A DNA stretch of 64,000 bases, taken from contig JAJRUZ010000087.1 of assembly GCA_024277525.1 (NCBI GenBank), positions 4,530 to 68,529 on the forward strand, given 5' to 3'. The position numbers and the translations under genes are program-made. The notes beneath the pieces were generated by a model. It saw only the letters and a program-made list of their open reading frames with translations, made no database searches and was not told where the DNA came from. Origin of the DNA: a candidate division WOR-3 bacterium. GTDB taxonomy: Bacteria > Hydrothermota > Hydrothermia > Hydrothermales > JAJRUZ01. This document shows, one piece after another, positions 57,921-64,000 of this stretch (its first letter is position 1; every line of letters begins with the position of its first letter).

Positions 57921-59356
57921 GCTTTAAAATAAAATTGAGTATTCTTTTTTCTTTAATATTCATATTTTTCTCCTATTTAATTTACAAATATTTAACGCAA
58001 AAAGGAGAAGATTATATAAAAAAAGAATTGATTGAAAGGGGAAATTCAATCTGTTCTTCACTTTCAATGGTTGCAAAAGAACCTCTCATAGATGAAAACA
58101 AAGCAGAACTCTCAAGATTAGCATATTCATTGAAAAAAGAAGAGAATTTATCTTTTGTATATATTGTAAATCGTAAAGGAATAATCAAAGGGGCACCTGA
58201 TTTGGAAGACCTTGATAAAAATATTCAGGAAGTCTTAGCTTTTTACAAATCCGGAAAAGACATTATGTTTTTTGAAAAAGATATCATTTACAGTAACATA
58301 AATATCGGAAAGGTTTACATAGGCATCCCATCCATAATTGTTAAAAAAGCAAAATCCGATTTCCGGAAAGGAGCCATTTTCATATTTTCAATTTCACTTA
58401 TCTGCGGAATAATAATTATTTTCACTTTTACTTATCTTTCCCTTAAACCTTTAAATTATATTGTAAGTGTATTAAAAAGAATAGGGGAAGGCAGGTTAAA
58501 TGAGAAGATTGATATACATTCAAAAGACGAATTCGGAAAAATAGAAAAGGCAGCGGAAGAGATGAGGCAGAAGCTCATTGAATATCAGGCAGAAATATCA
58601 AGACAGGAGAGATTAAAAAGGGATGCAGAACTTGCGCGTGAAATTCAGAAAATGCTTTTACCTGAAAAATTGCCCGAATTAAGGGGATATGAAATTACAC
58701 ATTATTACGAACCCGCATTCTATGTCGGAGGGGATTATTGTGATGTTTTAAAAACATTGACTCATACATTATGTGTGATAGGTGATGTATCCGGAAAAGG
58801 GGCATCTTCCTCTCTTATAATGGCTCTAACAAAGGCATTTATCTATTCAAATTACAAAACTTCAAGAAATCCGGTCGCTTTTGTTACAAATTTACATTCT
58901 TTTATTAAACACAGGATTCCGGATGATATGTTTATTACTCTCTTTTTACTTTATCTTGAAGAAAACGGAACATATTTATATTCCTCATGCGGTCACACCT
59001 CTCCCTTTTTGTTTGTTGCAAGTGAAGAAAAACTATTAAAATTCAAAATGAACGGAGTTCCTGTGGGATTTTCTTTTGTATCGGATAACGAATATCCTTC
59101 GTATGTTCAAAAAGGAAACGGAAAACTTGAAAAGGGTGATATACTTTTTCTTTATACAGATGGACTTTTTGATGTTAAAAATGAAAAAGGTGAATTTCTG
59201 GGAGAGGAAAGATTTTTTGATTTTTTAAATCAGACTGTTAAAAAGGAGGGAGATATAGATAAAATTAAAGAAAATATAGTAAAAATGATTCAAGAATTCA
59301 GAGGAGAAGCAGAGCCCGAAGATGACATTACTTTTATGATAATTAAAAAAACATGA
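57917..59356 (+). CDS. Membrane sensor-HAMP-SpoIIE/RsbU (PP2C) phosphatase
   Basis: Two TMs; HAMP (DEFG); A.EIQ..LLP, VGGDY, GDVSGKG, YTDG and DDIT. Confidence 0.92.
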   Translation: MSFKIKLSILFSLIFIFFSYLIYKYLTQKGEDYIKKELIERGNSICSSLSMVAKEPLIDENKAELSRLAYSLKKEENLSFVYIVNRKGIIKGAPDLEDLDKNIQEVLAFYKSGKDIMFFEKDIIYSNINIGKVYIGIPSIIVKKAKSDFRKGAIFIFSISLICGIIIIFTFTYLSLKPLNYIVSVLKRIGEGRLNEKIDIHSKDEFGKIEKAAEEMRQKLIEYQAEISRQERLKRDAELAREIQKMLLPEKLPELRGYEITHYYEPAFYVGGDYCDVLKTLTHTLCVIGDVSGKGASSSLIMALTKAFIYSNYKTSRNPVAFVTNLHSFIKHRIPDDMFITLFLLYLEENGTYLYSSCGHTSPFLFVASEEKLLKFKMNGVPVGFSFVSDNEYPSYVQKGNGKLEKGDILFLYTDGLFDVKNEKGEFLGEERFFDFLNQTVKKEGDIDKIKENIVKMIQEFRGEAEPEDDITFMIIKKT

Positions 59357-60342
59357 TTCATTTAATTTTCTTATTGCCTCTTTTAAAAGCAGGGACAGGT
59401 GTTTCATATCCTGTTGATTTTCTTGACAGATTTGTTACATGTTCATTTACAAAACCGGAAAAAAAATTCGGTTTTTTTTATGAACTTCCTTCAAATTTAA
59501 GGTTTTTATCAATTATTTATAATAATTTTTCTTTTGAATCCGATGCACAAAGTTTCATTTCCGTGTCAGCAGGAACATATGCAGAGAAAGCTTCTCTTTC
59601 CTTCAGAGGAAAACTTATATTTTTGGATAAAAGATTTGAAGGGGCTGGAATGGGCTTCGGTTTTCTTCAAGCACCCTTGGAAATTTTTTCATTCGGATTC
59701 TATGGAGAAGGAGGTTATTTTCCGAAGGGTAATAGAACCACACTTTATATTCAGGCGGGTGCATCCTTACATAAAAAAGGTTTTGCCATTAACATTGAAC
59801 CTGGATTTACACCGGAAACTCTCGGAGTTAAAACAGGAATTACCTATTTAAAAAAATTAAATTCAAAATATATAAAATCTTTAAAATTATTTTTCGGATT
59901 TCAAATTTTTAAAAAAAGAATGCTTTCAGCAGGAATAAGATTAAAAAGGGAGTTTGAATACTTATGGTTCGGATTCATGGGGAAAAAAGTTTATATCGGA
60001 TTTGCGGTTGATTTTAAGAAAAGGTATGAAATAAGGGAAATTGTTAAAGTAGAGAAAGTTCCGGTGTATATTGAGAAAGAGGAGAAAAAAGAAGAGGTTA
60101 AAAAGAAGAAAAAAAAGAAAAGAATAAAAAAGAAAAAAGAGGAAAAAAAGGTGCAAATTTCTGAAGAAGAATTGGAATATTACTATAAAAAAGGCATAGA
60201 ATATTACAAGATGGAACTTCTTGAAGAAGCCATTAAATCATGGGAAAAAATCATAAAAATTAAGCCGGATTATAAAGATACAAAAAAACTTTATGACCAG
60301 GCGAAAGAACGCCTTGAAAAACTTAAGAGGATATCGGAATGA
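59353..60342 (+). CDS. Exported beta-rich protein with Lys-rich linker and C-terminal TPR
   Basis: Hydrophobic N-terminus, alternating aromatic beta-strands, KKKKKKKRIKKKK linker, and YYKKG..YY.....EEAI..WEK....P.Y. Confidence 0.6.
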   Translation: MIHLIFLLPLLKAGTGVSYPVDFLDRFVTCSFTKPEKKFGFFYELPSNLRFLSIIYNNFSFESDAQSFISVSAGTYAEKASLSFRGKLIFLDKRFEGAGMGFGFLQAPLEIFSFGFYGEGGYFPKGNRTTLYIQAGASLHKKGFAINIEPGFTPETLGVKTGITYLKKLNSKYIKSLKLFFGFQIFKKRMLSAGIRLKREFEYLWFGFMGKKVYIGFAVDFKKRYEIREIVKVEKVPVYIEKEEKKEEVKKKKKKKRIKKKKEEKKVQISEEELEYYYKKGIEYYKMELLEEAIKSWEKIIKIKPDYKDTKKLYDQAKERLEKLKRISE

Positions 60343-61445
60343 AAGGATTCGGAACATCATCACATTTGAAGGTTAAAGACAAAACTTATTATATTGAAAC
60401 AAGTTTCTTGCCTACTCAAAATGCTGTAATATCAAAAGTAACAAAAGAAGGTAAAATAATTCTTATAAAAAGGGATGAAATTCATACGGATAAAATTGAT
60501 GAAAAAAAAGCATTTGAGACCATAAAAAATTATCATGAGAATCTTTTGAAGGACCTTAAAGTATGGCTTGAAATAAAAGAAAAAATGGAAGAGGCACCTC
60601 TTGAGATGTATGTGAAATTATGTGAAAAATTGATAAAACTCGGGCTTTTGGAAGAAGCAAAGGAATTAATGGAGGAAAAAATAAAACTTGATGAAAATTA
60701 TGCTCCTGCAAATTTTGTTCTCGGCAAGATCTATTTTGAATTGAAAGATTATGAAAAAAGCAGTTTATATTTTGACAAAGCAATTCAGTTAAAGGATTAT
60801 CCGAATTATCTTATGTGGGGAGCAAGGTGTTACAGGTTTAAAGGTGAATATACAAGAAGTTTATCTTATTTAAAAAAAGCACTTGAAAAGAATCCTTCCT
60901 ATGCTGAGGCTCAATTTGAAATGGGGATGTCCCTGCTTGAACTTTCTTTATCAGGAACAAGTGTTCCTTTCAAATCCATTTTACTTTCCTTTAAAAGTGC
61001 GGAAATTCTTGATCCGAGATTTAAAAATGAAATTTATAAAAAAGGAATGGAACATCTTGAAAAAGGGGAAATACTGGAGGCAAAGGATAAATTCACAGAA
61101 TTCTTTAACATTCTTTCACCACCCGATGTTCACGAAATCCTTGACGAGTTTATTTTACTTTCAAAATACGGTCATGAAGAAAACTATGCTCTTACACTTG
61201 AGGATTATATTCTTAAATTAAAAGAAATAGCAGAAGAGCATCCCGATTATGCGGATGTAAGATTCAATCTTGCTATTGCTTTGCTTTTAAGAATAAAGGC
61301 ACTCTTTGACGATGCGGAAAATGAGTTAAAAAATGCCCTTTCTATAAACCCTGATTATGAGGAGGCGAAAAAAATTTATGAACTATTAAGAAATGAAATT
61401 CAGGGTTATCTCATTTTCATAAAAAGCATAGGGAGGCAGGTATGA
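60339..61445 (+). CDS. Tetratricopeptide-repeat protein
   Basis: Multiple TPRs (ANFVLGKIY, ALEKNPSYAEAQF, HPDYADVRFNLA and ALSINPDYEEA). Confidence 0.85.
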   Translation: MKGFGTSSHLKVKDKTYYIETSFLPTQNAVISKVTKEGKIILIKRDEIHTDKIDEKKAFETIKNYHENLLKDLKVWLEIKEKMEEAPLEMYVKLCEKLIKLGLLEEAKELMEEKIKLDENYAPANFVLGKIYFELKDYEKSSLYFDKAIQLKDYPNYLMWGARCYRFKGEYTRSLSYLKKALEKNPSYAEAQFEMGMSLLELSLSGTSVPFKSILLSFKSAEILDPRFKNEIYKKGMEHLEKGEILEAKDKFTEFFNILSPPDVHEILDEFILLSKYGHEENYALTLEDYILKLKEIAEEHPDYADVRFNLAIALLLRIKALFDDAENELKNALSINPDYEEAKKIYELLRNEIQGYLIFIKSIGRQV

Positions 61446-63979
61446 TATACTTAATTTTCTTTTTTTTAAATCCGAAAATTGAAAATTATATTTCAAAAGA
61501 AAAATATATGAATTTATGGATTGAACCCCGGCAAAGTATAACATATACTTCTAATATTCTTGAAAAATACGGCTTTCGCATAAGGACGGTCTCTGAATGG
61601 GAAAACAGAGTTTCCGGATATTTTCCTTCTAATTTATTAAGAATAAAAAAAATAAAAAATTTTGTAATATCGGTCAAACCTGTTCTAAGGGGAAAAATCT
61701 ATGAGAGTAAAAGTTTTTATTCTTTTTCTCCCGGAGACTACGGCGATTCTTATGAAGTTTTGAATTTCTTAAATTTAATATCCGCACATAAAAAAGGATT
61801 TATAGGACAAGGGATTTTGATTTCCATATTTGACACAGGATTTGAACTATCACATCCTGCTTTTTTGCACATAAGGGAAGGTGGCAGGGTCAAATTCACA
61901 TATGATTTTAACAGCGGTGATTCCTTATTTCTTATTTACAGAGATGAGGTTTATTCGGTTCCGCATAAAAGAGCTATAGGTTATATCTCGGGAATTGATA
62001 TAGAAAGGGCAAAGGATACATTTTTCATTTTTTATTCCTTCCTTGACGAAAGAGATAATAAAAAAAATCTATGGAAAATCTATGGCACGCATTTTATAAA
62101 CGGGAATTTCACGGGTTTAAAACTGCTTTCTGTTGATACTCTGCCCTCGCTTCTTCCTCATGCCCTGATTATGGATAATCAAATTTACTTAGCAAGTAAA
62201 ATAATCAATAAAAACGGAGAAGAACTTTCATTAACTTTTATTGACAAAGATTTAAACATTGACTCTTCAAAGACCTTAATAGCAGGCACAATAATTAATG
62301 ATTTGGAAATCCTGAAATTCAGCGGTAGGATATTTATATTTTTTGCAGATACAGGTGGTCTGAAAGCATTTGAATTAAACGGTAGTATAAAAAAGTTAGT
62401 AAATAAAGACATATCAGGGTTTAACTACGAAATAAAAGGGGATTCAATATTTATAATTTATGAAACTTTTGATCTTACGCCTTCTTTGGGTATAGCAGTT
62501 TTTGATACTTTACTAAATCTTCTAAAAGACACAATATTTGATAGGGGATTTTCTCCTGAAATTTCAATAAGAAATGATACAATAAATACTCTTTTTATAA
62601 AAGGTATGAAAAGGGATACTTTGTATGAAACTAAATTTTCCTTTTCTTTAAATTTAATAAATAAAAAAATAATTGATACCGGATTTTTCATTAAATCACC
62701 GAAATATTTATCAATACAAGGGCAATCATACATATACTATGCAAAACACGGAATTATTTACTCATATAAAAACGGATTGATTGATTCAACATTTGAATAT
62801 TTTGTTGATTTAATAGAAACAGGAAATGATGTTTTAGTTTACAGAAGAAGAGGAGATAGGGGTGTAGAAATTAATCCTCTAACCGATTATGCAAGGTTTG
62901 ATTATCCGGGTGTATTGCATGGTACAAGAATGCTTGCTTTAATAGGGGGGTATGCATCGGGGGAAATGATAGGGACTGCACCCGGAGCGGATTTCCTTTT
63001 ATTTAAAACAGAAAGGATAAGAACAGTAGAAGGTCAGGAAGTATTTGAACATAGGCTCGAGGAGGATTTCTGGGTTGAAGCACTTGAACTTTCTCAAAGG
63101 TTCGGAGCAAAAATCGTATCATCTTCCTTGGGTTATTCTGACTGGTATACAAAGGAAGACATGGATGGAAAGACAGCAATATCATCAAAAGCTGCTTCAA
63201 AAGCTTTATCAAAAGGGATACTGGTTGTTACCGCTGCGGGAAATCTTACAAGTCCTCATCCTGATTTAACAAAACCGGACACAACAATAGTTGCTCCGGG
63301 AGATGCGGATTCTGTATTGACTGTAGGGGGATGTTATCTTGATGGTTCAATATGGGAAAATTCTGCATTCGGTCCGAGTGCAGACGGAAGAATAAAACCT
63401 GATATAGTTGCTCCGTATAGAAGTGTAAGTGTGGATATATATTTAACTTCTACAGGTGATACCTTATACGGATACGGAGAAGGTTCGGGTACATCTATTG
63501 CAACTGCTTTAATTGCAGGATTTGCAGCAACATGTCTTTCAGCCCATCCTGAATGGGATGTGAAAAAATTATATAAAATTATAAGAAAGACAGCAAATAA
63601 AGCAGATAATCCGGATAATATATACGGTTACGGTGTCCCGGATGCTTTAGAGGTAATAAATTATGAGCAAATCAGTATTCCTGCCAAAGAAGGAGAGAAT
63701 TCCAGAATTATTTCCCTTTATCCTAATCCTGTTAAGGGTAGTAAAATAAAGATTGAATATGTAATAAATGAATCAATAACTCCTCTTTCCTTTAAATTCT
63801 TTACGCCTTCCGGTAAAAAAATTTTAGAAATAAGTTATTTTATAAAACCGCTCGGTAGGTATAAGGATGTAATTTATTTAAAAACAAGGAACGGGAAAGA
63901 GTTTCCCCCTGGTTTTTACATTTTGGTAATGGAGACAAGTAGCACAAAGGATTATTACAAATTTGTTGTAGAAAAATAA
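61442..63979 (+). CDS. Secreted S8 (subtilisin-like) serine peptidase with a large internal insertion and a T9SS-like C-terminal domain
   Basis: IFDTG, HGT, AAGN, GPSADGRIKPD and GTS.A; C-terminal LYPNP...PPGFY. Confidence 0.88.
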   Translation: MIYLIFFFLNPKIENYISKEKYMNLWIEPRQSITYTSNILEKYGFRIRTVSEWENRVSGYFPSNLLRIKKIKNFVISVKPVLRGKIYESKSFYSFSPGDYGDSYEVLNFLNLISAHKKGFIGQGILISIFDTGFELSHPAFLHIREGGRVKFTYDFNSGDSLFLIYRDEVYSVPHKRAIGYISGIDIERAKDTFFIFYSFLDERDNKKNLWKIYGTHFINGNFTGLKLLSVDTLPSLLPHALIMDNQIYLASKIINKNGEELSLTFIDKDLNIDSSKTLIAGTIINDLEILKFSGRIFIFFADTGGLKAFELNGSIKKLVNKDISGFNYEIKGDSIFIIYETFDLTPSLGIAVFDTLLNLLKDTIFDRGFSPEISIRNDTINTLFIKGMKRDTLYETKFSFSLNLINKKIIDTGFFIKSPKYLSIQGQSYIYYAKHGIIYSYKNGLIDSTFEYFVDLIETGNDVLVYRRRGDRGVEINPLTDYARFDYPGVLHGTRMLALIGGYASGEMIGTAPGADFLLFKTERIRTVEGQEVFEHRLEEDFWVEALELSQRFGAKIVSSSLGYSDWYTKEDMDGKTAISSKAASKALSKGILVVTAAGNLTSPHPDLTKPDTTIVAPGDADSVLTVGGCYLDGSIWENSAFGPSADGRIKPDIVAPYRSVSVDIYLTSTGDTLYGYGEGSGTSIATALIAGFAATCLSAHPEWDVKKLYKIIRKTANKADNPDNIYGYGVPDALEVINYEQISIPAKEGENSRIISLYPNPVKGSKIKIEYVINESITPLSFKFFTPSGKKILEISYFIKPLGRYKDVIYLKTRNGKEFPPGFYILVMETSSTKDYYKFVVEK

Positions 63980-64000
63980 AGGATGAAGATAAAGAGGGTT

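Noticed and set aside
60071-60150. Long purine-rich A/G tract as a repeat or phase-variation site
   Set aside because: Encodes an in-frame Lys/Glu-rich linker; no frameshift and no regular repeat unit.
61919-62880. S8 peptidase insertion as an intein
   Set aside because: No intein block motifs, no C-terminal His-Asn and no LAGLIDADG.
1591-63269. Numerous 60-190 aa antisense or alternate-frame ORFs in the track (e.g. 1591-2082, 3321-3896, 13213-13662, 29219-29602)
   Set aside because: They overlap well-supported genes, have no recognisable motifs, and show shadow-ORF composition (F/S/L-rich).
63983-64000. Possible next gene start (ATG AAG ATA AAG AGG GTT)
   Set aside because: Only six codons are visible at the window edge, so it cannot be identified.
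1-64000. CRISPR array, rRNA, prophage or recoded stop codons
   Set aside because: No periodic repeat-spacer pattern, no long GC-rich non-coding stretch, no phage genes, and conserved genes are uninterrupted under the standard code.

Overview
A gene-dense, AT-rich bacterial chromosome segment made mostly of housekeeping genes. It holds the distal spc cluster (rpsE-rpmD-rplO-secY-adk-map-infA), rplM-rpsI-rpsB-tsf, a long grpE-dnaK-dnaJ-rsmE-hit-rpsU-mutS2-dnaG-rpoD run, lptC-lptA-like-lptB-rpoN-msbA-lipA, and a STAS/PP2C/TPR/S8-peptidase cluster. The Lpt/Omp85 genes, a T9SS-like C-terminal domain and K/E/I-rich proteins suggest a diderm, probably thermophilic FCB-like lineage such as WOR-3 (inference). 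I found no rRNA, tRNA or CRISPR array. The main unexplained signal is a tRNA T-arm-like hairpin (stem-G-TTCNANN-C-stem, 7-nt loop, covarying stems). It recurs on the sense strand about 30-35 nt before the start codons of internal operon genes (secY, rplO, rpsU, rpoD, dnaK and others), even inside the 3' ends of upstream ORFs, and is a candidate undescribed mRNA element. Other highlights are widespread leaderless promoters, an unannotated orphan HicB upstream of rtcB, a MITE-like IS remnant, a retropepsin inside the ribosomal operon, a sigma-54 with a degenerate RpoN box, a coiled-coil lipoprotein ending in CxxCH, an Ltp3/Ltp4-like thiolase/DUF35 module, and a soluble MCP-SBP5 fusion.
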